Shown here one piece after another: positions 47,451 to 57,577 of a stretch of DNA of 64,000 bases. The stretch's first letter is position 1, and the number at the start of each line of letters is the position of its first letter. The stretch lies in assembly GCA_963664295.1 (NCBI GenBank), contig OY760935.1, positions 736,001 to 800,000 on the forward strand, written 5' to 3'. The notes under the pieces are model-generated. The model was not told the origin of the DNA. It saw nothing but the letters and a program-made list of their open reading frames with translations, and searched no databases. The position numbers and the translations under genes are program-made. This DNA comes from Candidatus Altimarinota bacterium (GTDB taxonomy: Bacteria; Patescibacteriota; Gracilibacteria; CAIRYL01; GCA-016699755).

Positions 47451-48770
47451 ATGCAAATCGAAAACGTGAATTTAAAACCAAACTTTTGGGATAAAATAAA
47501 TAATTTTCCAGAAAAAATTTTCATAGTACTAATCGCCACAAAACCAGACATAATCAAACAAGCACCGCTATATCTTGAGCTAAAAAAAAGAGGAATGGCA
47601 GTCTTACTAGGGCACACAGGACAACATTATGACTTCAATCTCTCTGGCGGAATGCTTGAAGAATTCGGGATTGAAGCTGATTTTAATCTTAATATTCGTG
47701 GATCATTGCATCAAAAAACTTCACAAATTATCTCTCGCCTGGGTGACTTATTAGCAGAATTAAAAAAAACAGGAAAAACACCAATTCCTATTGTACACGG
47801 AGACACAACTACTGCCTCAGCCTCTAGTAATGCCTCTTGGTGCAACTGCCTTGCTGTTGTGCACAATGAAGCAGGAATTCGCACCCTAACACCAAAAAAA
47901 GAATTCTTTCATGAATTACTAGAAAAAAAAGATATCAATAAATGGTTCGAAGTCATGAAAAATCGTAATAATTTTCAAAGAGGTTCAACCGAACCAACAC
48001 CAGAACAATTCAACACTCGCATAACAGAGCCAGCAACTGGAATTTACCTAGTTCCTCATGAACTAGATAAAGAATTTTTATTAAAAGAAGGTTATCCAGA
48101 AGATCGCATGTTTACAGTGGGTAATTCTGTTGTTGATGCAACTCGTCAAGCACTAAAAGAAAGCGAGAAATCAGATATTTTTGAGCAATATCCTGCCCTA
48201 AAAAAAGGCTGTATTCGTTTTTGTATTCACCGCAGAGAAAATTGTGAAAATGAAAAACGCTTCAAAGCAATATTTAAAGCAATAAAAACCATGGTCGAAA
48301 GCGGAGAAACAGTGCTTTTAATATCACTCTTCGCAACAGAAAGCGCAATTGACAATTTTGGATTAAGAGAAGAAATAGAAGAGCTTAAGAAAAAAGAAAA
48401 CTTTATCTACTCCCCTGTTTGGCCTTATTATCGTGATGTTATCAAAGCAATGAGCTATGCCAAAGTCTGTGCAACTGATTCTGGAAGTATGCAAGAAGAA
48501 ATGAATGAATTAGGCGTACCATGCGTCACTCTTCGCTTTGGATCAGATCGTCCAGAAACATTTTTTGCAGGCAGTAATGTAATCGCTCCACCAATAAATG
48601 GAGACTTGATCGCAGATATAATCAAAAAAGTAATCAATGAAAATTTATTAAAAAACGCACCAAAAATATATGGTGAAAATGTATCTGAAAAGTGCGCAGA
48701 AGTGCTTCAAAAAATCACAAAAAAAGAAAATATCTTAAGAACAGAAGAAGAAAGACTTGAAATCACATGA
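47451..48770 (+). CDS. wecB: UDP-N-acetylglucosamine 2-epimerase
   Basis: ATKPDIIK, HTGQHYD, VHGDTTT, HNEAGIRT, HRREN, TDSGSMQEE; ATG at 47451 preferred. Confidence 0.9.
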   Translation: MQIENVNLKPNFWDKINNFPEKIFIVLIATKPDIIKQAPLYLELKKRGMAVLLGHTGQHYDFNLSGGMLEEFGIEADFNLNIRGSLHQKTSQIISRLGDLLAELKKTGKTPIPIVHGDTTTASASSNASWCNCLAVVHNEAGIRTLTPKKEFFHELLEKKDINKWFEVMKNRNNFQRGSTEPTPEQFNTRITEPATGIYLVPHELDKEFLLKEGYPEDRMFTVGNSVVDATRQALKESEKSDIFEQYPALKKGCIRFCIHRRENCENEKRFKAIFKAIKTMVESGETVLLISLFATESAIDNFGLREEIEELKKKENFIYSPVWPYYRDVIKAMSYAKVCATDSGSMQEEMNELGVPCVTLRFGSDRPETFFAGSNVIAPPINGDLIADIIKKVINENLLKNAPKIYGENVSEKCAEVLQKITKKENILRTEEERLEIT

Positions 48771-49402
48771 AAGCAGTAATTTTTGATATGGACGGCGTAC
48801 TAATCGACTCAGAAAAAATCTGGGCAATCCATGAGGTTGAATTTGTAAACACAATAGCCCCAGGCTTTTCCAGCAAAGATCACAGCAAAATAACAGGCAA
48901 AAGTCCCACAGGAACTTATGCTTATTTAAAAGAAAAATATAACTTAAAACTCACAAAAGAAGAATTTTTAGAAATTTATAAAAATTTTGCCCTAGAAAAA
49001 GTCTATCCATTTAGTAAAATCTCTCCCCATGCACTCGAATTCATTAAATATCTTCAAACAAAACAAATTCCAATGGCAATAGCCAGTTCTTCAATCCAAG
49101 CTTGGATTGATTATATTGTTAATAAATACGAATTAAAAAAATATTTTCAAGCAATAGTAAGTGCAGATCACATCGGTGGAATAGGCAAGCCAGCTCCAGA
49201 TATTTTTCTATACACTGCTAGGCAATTAAACATAAAACCAAAAAATTGCCTTGTTTTAGAAGATTCTGAAAATGGCGTAATTGCAGGAAAAAACGCAGGT
49301 ATGACAACCTATGGCTACAAAAATGGCTATAACGAAAAGCAAGATCTTTCTCAAGCTGATAAAATTTTTACTAATTTTTTAGAACTTAAAAAAATATTCT
49401 AA
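48767..49402 (+). CDS. HAD family phosphatase (beta-PGM/CbbY-like)
   Basis: FDMDGVLIDSE, KPAPDIF, EDSENG. Confidence 0.93.
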   Translation: MKAVIFDMDGVLIDSEKIWAIHEVEFVNTIAPGFSSKDHSKITGKSPTGTYAYLKEKYNLKLTKEEFLEIYKNFALEKVYPFSKISPHALEFIKYLQTKQIPMAIASSSIQAWIDYIVNKYELKKYFQAIVSADHIGGIGKPAPDIFLYTARQLNIKPKNCLVLEDSENGVIAGKNAGMTTYGYKNGYNEKQDLSQADKIFTNFLELKKIF

Positions 49403-49405
49403 GTT

Positions 49406-49513
49406 TTAATTAAGAAAAACAGTCAAACTCGGCAAAAGAGCAATGCCAATAAGAGAAAGTGTGGCAAGAATAGCTAAGCTAATGACAAAAATTCTTTGTG
49501 TTTTTTTCTTCAT
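49406..49513 (-). CDS. Putative 35-aa single-pass membrane protein MKKKTQRIFVISLAILATLSLIGIALLPSLTVFLN
   Basis: Hand translation; begins 12 nt after the PKD gene stop and fills the gap; basic N-terminus plus TM helix. Confidence 0.6.
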   Translation of the reverse strand: MKKKTQRIFVISLAILATLSLIGIALLPSLTVFLN

Positions 49514-49525
49514 AAATGATAAAAA

Positions 49526-51616
49526 TTATTCTTGTGAAGCAGAAACCTCAATAGTCAAAGTTTCTGTAGATACATTATTTTTATCATCAAACACCTTCAA
49601 TTGTACAGTATAAACTCCAGGCTCTTTAAAAGTATGGGTCGGCTTTCTGGTTTTTTGCTTAATACCATCGCCAAAATCCCACTCCCAAACATCAGTAGAG
49701 CCAATAGTGCAAGAGGGATCAAAAGAAACAGTAAGAGGAGAAGTGCCCTCAGTTCTACTAGCAAGAAAACAAGCGGTAAGAGGTATTTCACGCACATAAA
49801 CTTTTTTTGTTGTTTTTGCACTTCTATCAGTATTGGTATAAATAGTTAAACTAACATCATAAATACCAACATTAGGATAATAGTGTTGAACCTGAGCACC
49901 AGTAAGCTCTGGATTAGATCCATCACCAAAGTCCCACTCAAAAGATACAATATTGCAACTATCTTCATCACACCAAGACTCAGAACCATCAAACTCAACA
50001 GTTAAAGGAGCAGTGCCAGTAGAAGGATTAGCCATAATCTCTGCTTGCAATTTTTGTTTTTCCGCAATAATTTTTATAATTTTTTCAACCACATTATCAT
50101 CAGCATCAATAAGTGTTAATTTAACATCATATTCTCCCTCTTCTCTAAAAATATACTCCACAACACTACCATTATCATCAACCTTATCATCACCATCAAA
50201 ATCCCAATTATAATCAATAATATTATTATCTTTATCCAAAGACTTAGAAGCATCAAATTTCACTGTTAAAGGTAATTGACCTTGCACAATACCTTTAGTA
50301 TTAGCTTTTGGTGTTGTTGTGATCACAGCCTCAGGCACAGAAATAGGCGCTTTAACTGTCACTGCTTTTTCTGTTTGATGAATATTACCCATTTCATCTT
50401 TTACAGTTAATTCAATATTATAAGTCCCTGGCTCTTCAAAAATATGAGTAATGGTTTCACCATGAATTGCAACAGAACCATCATTAAACTGCCATTGATA
50501 ATTTATAATTCTACCATCAACACTAAAAGAATCAGTACCAGTCAAAACAACTTTAAATGGAGCTGTTCCGCTATTTTCTGATATAAAGTTAATTACCGCA
50601 CCTATACGACCAGCACTCTCTCCTGTCACAGTAATTTTTTTCTCAAAAAGCTTAACATTACCACTATTATTTACAGCCCTGAGCTTAACATCATAAACAC
50701 CGATTTTCTCATAAGTAAAAACAGCTTTTGGCGTTTTTGTTGTCTCGTCAAACTCACCATCACCATCAAAATCCCAATCATAAGTACCTGTGCTAATGCT
50801 TTTTGTCACACTACTAGCATCAAAATTAACCCTGAGCGGTGCATCACCAACAGAAGGATCAGCCATAAACTCAGCTCCTTCTATTTCTAGTGTCAATTTA
50901 TAAGGACTAAAATCATTTTGTTCTTCTGTCACAACTTCAAGCTGAATTAAAAACTCACCAGAGGTACTAAAATGTTGAATAACACTATCTTCGGTTCTCA
51001 TTGGCTGAAAAACACCAGTACCAAAGTCCCACTTAAAACCCTCAACAGTATAGCCTTTTCTTTCAATGGATTTACGCACATCTTCTGCAGAAAATTTAAT
51101 ATCAATAGGCGCTTTTAAGTCTTCTGGGTCACCCTCTGTATACATCAAAATATTTGCGCCTGAAGAAGATTCAACAACAAAAGCATTTACAAAATTCCAC
51201 ATTCCCAACCACACAAGAATAACCACAAAAATCATTGCCGCACTGGTCAAGGATAATATAAAAGACCCTCGCCTCTTTAATTTCTGTTCTTTTTTTGTTG
51301 CTAAACCAAGAAAAAGAGCAATAGTAAATACAATTAAAAGCAACAACGAAAATCCACCAAAAACCCAGTTAACAAGTCCTAATAAAAAGTTTTTTGTGTC
51401 ATCTTCTGGCACCCCAAAAGCCTTTAAAACAGGATTTCCAGACCCTCCCACGCTCATTACAAAAATAAATAACGCAATAATCAACAAAAAAAGCATAAAA
51501 ATAGCTACAAATAAAGCTATTGCTGATTTTTTCTTTTTAGGTTTATTTTGCTTATCTCCAGAAGAACCTGTTTCCAGTTCTTGTAAAAATATACTTTTTT
51601 GTTTGTCTGTAGGCAT
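49526..51616 (-). CDS. Membrane-anchored multi-PKD-domain protein
   Basis: 3 N-terminal TM helices; repeated APLTVxFD...WDFGDG...HxF..PGxY units. Confidence 0.92.
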   Translation of the reverse strand: MPTDKQKSIFLQELETGSSGDKQNKPKKKKSAIALFVAIFMLFLLIIALFIFVMSVGGSGNPVLKAFGVPEDDTKNFLLGLVNWVFGGFSLLLLIVFTIALFLGLATKKEQKLKRRGSFILSLTSAAMIFVVILVWLGMWNFVNAFVVESSSGANILMYTEGDPEDLKAPIDIKFSAEDVRKSIERKGYTVEGFKWDFGTGVFQPMRTEDSVIQHFSTSGEFLIQLEVVTEEQNDFSPYKLTLEIEGAEFMADPSVGDAPLRVNFDASSVTKSISTGTYDWDFDGDGEFDETTKTPKAVFTYEKIGVYDVKLRAVNNSGNVKLFEKKITVTGESAGRIGAVINFISENSGTAPFKVVLTGTDSFSVDGRIINYQWQFNDGSVAIHGETITHIFEEPGTYNIELTVKDEMGNIHQTEKAVTVKAPISVPEAVITTTPKANTKGIVQGQLPLTVKFDASKSLDKDNNIIDYNWDFDGDDKVDDNGSVVEYIFREEGEYDVKLTLIDADDNVVEKIIKIIAEKQKLQAEIMANPSTGTAPLTVEFDGSESWCDEDSCNIVSFEWDFGDGSNPELTGAQVQHYYPNVGIYDVSLTIYTNTDRSAKTTKKVYVREIPLTACFLASRTEGTSPLTVSFDPSCTIGSTDVWEWDFGDGIKQKTRKPTHTFKEPGVYTVQLKVFDDKNNVSTETLTIEVSASQE

Positions 51617-51631
51617 TTTTATTATTAAAAA

Positions 51632-51895
51632 TCAAAGTGAATCAATTTCAGATTCAATTTCTTTAATTATCTGTTCTTTTTCACTATTTTCATTGTGTTT
51701 TGTCAAATCTTTAAGTTGATTTTCCTTAAATTTCTTAAATTTTTCAAGCTCAAGAACTAAAATTTCCATTATTTTTAACCTCTTATCATCTGCTAAGTTC
51801 TGCACTTTTGCCAAAAAACTAGCTTTATTCTCACTTGGTATTTCCAAAGCGTCTAAAATTAACTCCACCTGATCTAAAAATTCTTTTTGGTCCAT
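51632..51895 (-). CDS. Hypothetical helical protein
   Basis: 87-aa ORF directly upstream of the PKD gene. Confidence 0.65.
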   Translation of the reverse strand: MDQKEFLDQVELILDALEIPSENKASFLAKVQNLADDKRLKIMEILVLELEKFKKFKENQLKDLTKHNENSEKEQIIKEIESEIDSL

Positions 51896-51958
51896 TTATA
51901 GATAATTATTCATATAATTATACCAAAAAGAAAGCAGTTTTTCAAGTGAATAAGCTAG

Positions 51959-52627
51959 TTAAACCCTTTTTTCTTGCTCATCCCCAAGACCAGCATCAGC
52001 AATAAAAATATTATTTTGCTCAATTTTTCTAGTTGGTTCATAAAACCAACCCTCTGGCGTATCTTCTATTGCGCTATTTATAGACGCAAACATTTCCTCT
52101 TTTGGCTTTGCGAACAATTGATAATCTTTTGCAAAAAAATCAGCAACAAATTTGCCAGGTGTTTTTAAAAATTTACCTTTATCATGCCTTTTAACATAAG
52201 AAAAAGCACTTTCCAAAGAAGCAAGTATTGTCTCAACTTCATTGGTATCTAACTCTAAAAATCCTTTTTCACCAAGTCCAAACCAAGTGTCTTTTTTATA
52301 AAGCTCAATAACCCTTTCTAAAGCTGTCACAAAATAAAGTGGCTCAAGCATGCCCTCTTTGGCACTAATCATCTCATTAATTTCTTGTGCTACAAATTGA
52401 CCAACTTTTTCTTTTGTAGCCTTACTACCCTTTGCCTTTTCAAGGCGCTTATTTAAATCCTTAATTTGTTCAACTAAAAAAGAAGTTTTATGAGTAAAAA
52501 GCTCTGCTAATTGTGTTCTATTAGCAACTTCAATATTACCATTTTTAGCCAAAATAAAATGTTCTTTTACTTCTTCGGACCGATCCGGATCTTCACTTGG
52601 CCTTTTCGCAAAAGCAAATTCACTCAT
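51959..52627 (-). CDS. Hypothetical protein
   Basis: 222-aa ORF, no recognisable motif. Confidence 0.7.
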   Translation of the reverse strand: MSEFAFAKRPSEDPDRSEEVKEHFILAKNGNIEVANRTQLAELFTHKTSFLVEQIKDLNKRLEKAKGSKATKEKVGQFVAQEINEMISAKEGMLEPLYFVTALERVIELYKKDTWFGLGEKGFLELDTNEVETILASLESAFSYVKRHDKGKFLKTPGKFVADFFAKDYQLFAKPKEEMFASINSAIEDTPEGWFYEPTRKIEQNNIFIADAGLGDEQEKRV

Positions 52628-52667
52628 TTTTATTTTTTATATTATATTATTATAACATAAAAAATAA

Positions 52668-53261
52668 TCAGAGTAAACTAAAATGCCACCACTCAGATTT
52701 TATCCCCTCAAAACCAGATTTAATCATCACACTCTTTAGTAATTCCCTATTTTTCTGAGCTTTTTTGTCTTTTTCTGTTTTCGGTGGATTTTTTTGAAAA
52801 AAATCCATATGAGCTTTTTCTGAAAAATCATCAAAATCTGTGCCCATTTCTAATAAAACATTTTTTTCTTTATCAAATAAAGTTAAATCAATAGTAAAAC
52901 CATGCTGATGCAAAGCTCGCTCATCAGGAAAGGCAACAAAAATATTAGTCATTTCCAATAATTCATCATTCACTAGAGATGGAAATTGTTTTTTTCTTTT
53001 TTGATAAAGCTCATCAAAAAGTTCTTTCTGAAGCTCTAAAGGGCGAAAACCATCCCAAAACAAAAAACAAATATTATCAGGCAACAATTTTTCTGCTTTT
53101 TTTAATACCTCCAAAGCCTCTTTTTTTAAATAAACTTTTTCCAAAGCCCACTTATAACCACGATCAAAATACTCTGGCTTTACTAAAAATCCATATTTTT
53201 CTGCACACAAAAGATTATCAGGACAATTAGGATTAATTTTTTGATAATCAGCAAGGATCAT
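52668..53261 (-). CDS. D-alanyl-D-alanine dipeptidase (VanX/DdpX, peptidase M15D)
   Basis: WDGFRP, H..G..IDLT, MGTDFDDF, EWWHFS. Confidence 0.92.
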   Translation of the reverse strand: MILADYQKINPNCPDNLLCAEKYGFLVKPEYFDRGYKWALEKVYLKKEALEVLKKAEKLLPDNICFLFWDGFRPLELQKELFDELYQKRKKQFPSLVNDELLEMTNIFVAFPDERALHQHGFTIDLTLFDKEKNVLLEMGTDFDDFSEKAHMDFFQKNPPKTEKDKKAQKNRELLKSVMIKSGFEGIKSEWWHFSLL

Positions 53262-54844
53262 AAAATTTCTTTAAGGCGACTAATTACAAAATCACGATCC
53301 AAAGCAGAAAGCAAAAAACCAGCCTTAGGACCACTTTCCCTACCTAAAAATGCTTTATAAATCGGCACAAAAACATCTCTTGGCGCAAGAGCAAGTTCTT
53401 CTTTTAATTCATGGAAAAATCCATGCAAATCATGCCCGTAAACTTCTTGGTGGCTTTCAAAAAATTCCAAGATTTTTTCCAATACTTTTTTATTTTCTTC
53501 TGTAAATTCACTCTTATCAATTGGTAATTCGTCAGAAATTTTAAATATAAACTTCTCTGGCGCTTGTTCATTAAGCCATTTTTGTACATATTCAATTCTC
53601 CTTTGTGAAGCATCTTTTTCGTCAGAAGTAAGTGGTGCTTCCTTCATTTCTTCCAACTTTTCTGCAATATCAACATGCGGAACTTGAACCAAAAAAGCCA
53701 AATCACGAAAACGAGGCCTAAAAATAGGTTTTTGATCAGGTAAATCATTAAAATCAAAACAAATTTGATACTGTCTTGCAAAATCAGCCTTACTTTCATC
53801 ACCTTCAAAATAAATTTTCTCTAAACGATCAAATTCATCAAAAAGATTTGGAATAGTATCCCCAGTAGGATCAAAATCAATTGCTCTTTTTGGTGGTTTA
53901 CCAACTAATAAAAGCCTAGTTATTTCCTGTGGTAAAAGATCAGAAATCTCTTTAGCGCTTGCTCCTGATCCTTTTGAGCTAGACATTTTTTTACCACCAA
54001 CTAAGACAAACTCGTGTGGAATATCAAAAGGTGAAGAATGTTTAAATACTTCTTCGCAAATAGCACGAGAAACATCTCTTGAACCTCCTTTGGTATAATG
54101 ATCTTTTCCTGCCCCCTCAATATCTACACCAACTACAGCCCACTTTGCTGCCCATTCTACTTTCCAAGGTAAAGTTGCTTGACCATCAAAAGGCGAAATT
54201 CTGCCTTTTTCTCCACAACCTTCAGCCCAGGAAACCTGATCTGGTAAACACTCAAAAGCTACAGTCTCTCCATCAAAATCAGAAACATGAGTAGTGCCAA
54301 CCTTGCCACATTTTGGACAAACAACGTTCAAAGGAAACCAAGTATCTGGCTTTTCGCTTTTGGCAACTCTTTTATAAATTTCACGGATTTGATCCGCATG
54401 CTCCAAAGCTAAACGAATTACATCATTAAATTTACCAGCTTGATATAAATCAGAAAGTCGATAAAACTCTGGCTTAAAATCAATTGATTCAATTACTTTT
54501 TTGTATTCACCTGCATAAAACTCTGCAAAATTTTTTGCTTTTCCATCAGGCGAAGGAATGGTATATAAAGGCTGTCCCATGTATTTACGAAAACTTTCAT
54601 CAAGACCCACAGGAAAGCCGTCCATAGGATCTGTGTCATTAATTTCAAAAAGAAACTTTGCCTTCACTCCTTTTTCATTTAAAACCTGAGCAACAAGCCC
54701 ATGAATAGCTGCGGCACGCAAAGATCCAATATGAACCCTGCCTGAGGCTGTTTTTTCATCACGCACAACAAGTTCCTCACCATTTTTAATTCTGTCTGCA
54801 AATCTATTTTGAATTTGCTCTGTAATATCATCTGCCCAAAACAT
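53258..54844 (-). CDS. lysS: Class I lysyl-tRNA synthetase
   Basis: MFWAD, TASGRVHIGS (HIGH), LPWKVEWAAKW, GKDH, KMSSSKG. Confidence 0.96.
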   Translation of the reverse strand: MFWADDITEQIQNRFADRIKNGEELVVRDEKTASGRVHIGSLRAAAIHGLVAQVLNEKGVKAKFLFEINDTDPMDGFPVGLDESFRKYMGQPLYTIPSPDGKAKNFAEFYAGEYKKVIESIDFKPEFYRLSDLYQAGKFNDVIRLALEHADQIREIYKRVAKSEKPDTWFPLNVVCPKCGKVGTTHVSDFDGETVAFECLPDQVSWAEGCGEKGRISPFDGQATLPWKVEWAAKWAVVGVDIEGAGKDHYTKGGSRDVSRAICEEVFKHSSPFDIPHEFVLVGGKKMSSSKGSGASAKEISDLLPQEITRLLLVGKPPKRAIDFDPTGDTIPNLFDEFDRLEKIYFEGDESKADFARQYQICFDFNDLPDQKPIFRPRFRDLAFLVQVPHVDIAEKLEEMKEAPLTSDEKDASQRRIEYVQKWLNEQAPEKFIFKISDELPIDKSEFTEENKKVLEKILEFFESHQEVYGHDLHGFFHELKEELALAPRDVFVPIYKAFLGRESGPKAGFLLSALDRDFVISRLKEIL

Positions 54845-54926
54845 AGTATTAATTAAATAAGCTTTAGTATTCTAGCTCTAAATAAGATACTGGACAATAA
54901 AAATTATTGCTTTAAAATAAGCTCAC

Positions 54927-55970
54927 GTGAACACAAGAGCAAAAAATATAGTTTATAATGCTTGGGAGATAGTTAAAAAAGAGCGCCATCTCATTAAGTT
55001 TGGATTTTGGCCATCTTTTTTTGTGCTCATTGTTAGTGGTGCTTATATTTTTTATCAAATCCAAGCTTTTATGCATTCACCTTTGTTCTCAAGTAAGCAT
55101 ATTAACTACACAAAAATATTTAGCATTGTATTAGATTTTGCAAAATCCAACCAAGGAATATCAATAGCTTTTATTATTACAGCCATTTTAGTACTTATTG
55201 CTTATTTCTTTCTGCCAATTATTTGCGAAGGTGCATTAGTTCATTTAATTTCTAATATCTACCATGGCAAAGAATCAAAACATGGTCTTTCCACTGGTAT
55301 TTTTCGCTTTTTACCACTCTTTGAGACTAATGTTGTAAAAGGCACAATGAAGCCAACTTCATTTTTTACAGAATGGTCTTTTGTAATTCGCAATCTTGGA
55401 CCTGGCCGTGCCTGGCTTCTAACTCCATTTTTAATATTTTTTCTTTTAATCGGCGTTGTAATGCTTTTTTTCTTCGCTTTTACAAGCCAATTTATAGTAT
55501 TAGAAAAAGACAGCTTTGCACTTAGTATAAAAAACTCAATCAAAATGGTAATTCGTAATATAGGCACTACCTTTTCACTCTTTTTAATCTTTATCTTAAT
55601 TGAACTTAGAGTAATTCTAAATATTGCAGTAATTTTATTTATCCCAATAGCTGTAATTTTTATTAGCGGTATTTTTAACACACTTCTTTCTATGGAAACA
55701 GTGGCAATAATAATTGCCGGAATAGTTGTTTTAATTTTGTTAGTATTAACAGCCTACATCACAGGCACCTTATCTGTATTTGCAAACGCCATTTGGACAT
55801 TAGCTTATTTAGAATTTAAAAAAGAAGAACAAGAAGATGAAATAGTAAAAACGCCACCTTCACAAGCAGAAGAAGACCAAGAAAGTCCAGATAGTCCTGA
55901 ACAAGCTATAAATCCTTCACCAAATACAAACCCTGATCCAAATAACCCAATTTCCGCCAATAATTTTTAA
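54927..55970 (+). CDS. Hypothetical polytopic membrane protein
   Basis: About 6 TM helices; acidic Pro-rich tail overlaps the elp3 3' end. Confidence 0.75.
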   Translation: MNTRAKNIVYNAWEIVKKERHLIKFGFWPSFFVLIVSGAYIFYQIQAFMHSPLFSSKHINYTKIFSIVLDFAKSNQGISIAFIITAILVLIAYFFLPIICEGALVHLISNIYHGKESKHGLSTGIFRFLPLFETNVVKGTMKPTSFFTEWSFVIRNLGPGRAWLLTPFLIFFLLIGVVMLFFFAFTSQFIVLEKDSFALSIKNSIKMVIRNIGTTFSLFLIFILIELRVILNIAVILFIPIAVIFISGIFNTLLSMETVAIIIAGIVVLILLVLTAYITGTLSVFANAIWTLAYLEFKKEEQEDEIVKTPPSQAEEDQESPDSPEQAINPSPNTNPDPNNPISANNF

Positions 55971-57573
55971 CACCAATTCCTGAAATAACAGCCATTTTTT
56001 GATAGCCAAACTTTTCTTTAGCTATTTTTTCCGCTTGTTCAACTAATTTCTTACCCAACCCGCTATGCTGAGCTTTTTTTTCTTTTTTCACACCAACGGG
56101 CACAACTTCACCATAAGTATGTAATTCCCTAATTAAAGCCACATTTTCCAATTCTTCAAAAATCGGCTTATTTTTTGATGGAATTCTAAGTCGCAATAAG
56201 GTCAAAAGCTTATCATTTTCCGTTTCATAAGAAAGAAAAAACTCTTTTCCGCCAGAAGCACCAAACTCTCTACAAATAAAATTAGCCTCCTTAAAATCTT
56301 CACCTTTTATTTCTCGACAACGAATACAATTACACTTTTCACCTTTTTTCTTTAATTCTTCTAGTAAATGTTGGCGCATATTTGTTGTTTTTGAACCAGC
56401 CAAAATAGAAGTAGCAGGAATGTCGCGCACAAGCCTAGATATGCGCACCCACGGCGGACACATTTTTTTAATTTCCATCAAAAGAGGAAATAATTCTTTT
56501 TCTGTCAAAGGTTGATATTTGCCAGATTTATACCACTCTGCCAACTCAGAAAAAGGCGCAACAGTGCAAGGATATATCTTCAAAAAGTCCGGCTTAAAAT
56601 CATCATGCTCAAAGATTTCCTTAAAAACTTGTATATCTTTCTCGGGATCAGATCCAGGCAAACCCGGCATAACATGATAACCAATTTTAAAACCAGTATC
56701 TTTAAGCATTTTCACAGCATCAACACTCTCTTTTCTGCCATGACCTCTTTTACAAAGCTCTAAAGCTTCATCATCGGTACTTTGAACACCAAGCTCAACC
56801 TTGGTACAACCTAATTCACGCAAAAACTTAACTTCTTCTTTGTTGATATAATCAGGCCTAGTCTCAATAACTAAAGCAATACAGCGATGATCAGAATTTT
56901 CATTTTCTTTTTGTGCTTGCCCTAAATCAACTTCTCTATTTTCATCATCCTGATTTAGTGCCTGCAAAGCACGAGTCACAAATTCTTCACGATAATCATT
57001 GGGTAGATCAGAAAAAGTTCCACCCAAAATAATCAATTCAATTTTTGAGGTATCATGTCCTGTCAAAGTTAATGATTTTAAGCGTGATTTAACCTGAGTA
57101 AATGGATCAAAATCTGCCAAAAGAGCTCGCGAAGCCGCAGGTTCATTAGAAAAATAAGACTTCGGCATTACATCATTGCCAGATTTTTTATATTCAGATG
57201 GAATAGCATCAGCATTTTTCTTGTCTTTTGCATCTTGCTCAAAAAGAGTTTCTCCTTTTTCTCCAGCAATTTCCTGTGGACAAAAAACACACTTACCAGG
57301 ACAAGAAAAAGGCTTAGTCAAGATAGTAATAACCGCAACTCCGCTTTGAGTGCGCACTTTTCTTTTTTGCAACAACTTAATAATGTTTTCTGGAAAACCA
57401 ATCCCTGTACGCAAAACTTCAATATTAGAAATCGTAGGGATTTTTTCTGTTTCACAAATTTTATTTTTAATTTTCTCTAATTCTTCAAAAGTTTCTGGCT
57501 TTTGTTTAATAATCTCTCTGGCTATCTTCAGAGCTAAATCTTTATTTTTTGGCTTATTAAAAGGAAAATTCAT
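55906..57573 (-). CDS. Elp3-family radical SAM/GNAT tRNA uridine(34) acetyltransferase
   Basis: VRTQSGVAV, CPGKCVFCP, PKSY, ETRPD, VELGVQS, KIYP, RELHTYG, QHSGLG, VISGIGVKNY. Confidence 0.95.
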   Translation of the reverse strand: MNFPFNKPKNKDLALKIAREIIKQKPETFEELEKIKNKICETEKIPTISNIEVLRTGIGFPENIIKLLQKRKVRTQSGVAVITILTKPFSCPGKCVFCPQEIAGEKGETLFEQDAKDKKNADAIPSEYKKSGNDVMPKSYFSNEPAASRALLADFDPFTQVKSRLKSLTLTGHDTSKIELIILGGTFSDLPNDYREEFVTRALQALNQDDENREVDLGQAQKENENSDHRCIALVIETRPDYINKEEVKFLRELGCTKVELGVQSTDDEALELCKRGHGRKESVDAVKMLKDTGFKIGYHVMPGLPGSDPEKDIQVFKEIFEHDDFKPDFLKIYPCTVAPFSELAEWYKSGKYQPLTEKELFPLLMEIKKMCPPWVRISRLVRDIPATSILAGSKTTNMRQHLLEELKKKGEKCNCIRCREIKGEDFKEANFICREFGASGGKEFFLSYETENDKLLTLLRLRIPSKNKPIFEELENVALIRELHTYGEVVPVGVKKEKKAQHSGLGKKLVEQAEKIAKEKFGYQKMAVISGIGVKNYWRKLGYLDQGLYLVKDL

Positions 57574-57577
57574 AATA

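Noticed and set aside
51066-51719. 217-aa plus-strand ORF and the many similar antisense ORFs in the track
   Set aside because: They are shadows of well-supported genes on the opposite strand
57160-57275. ~30-aa insertion after the Elp3 CxxxCxxC motif as a possible intein or mobile insert
   Set aside because: Too short and lacks intein terminal residues; most likely a variable loop
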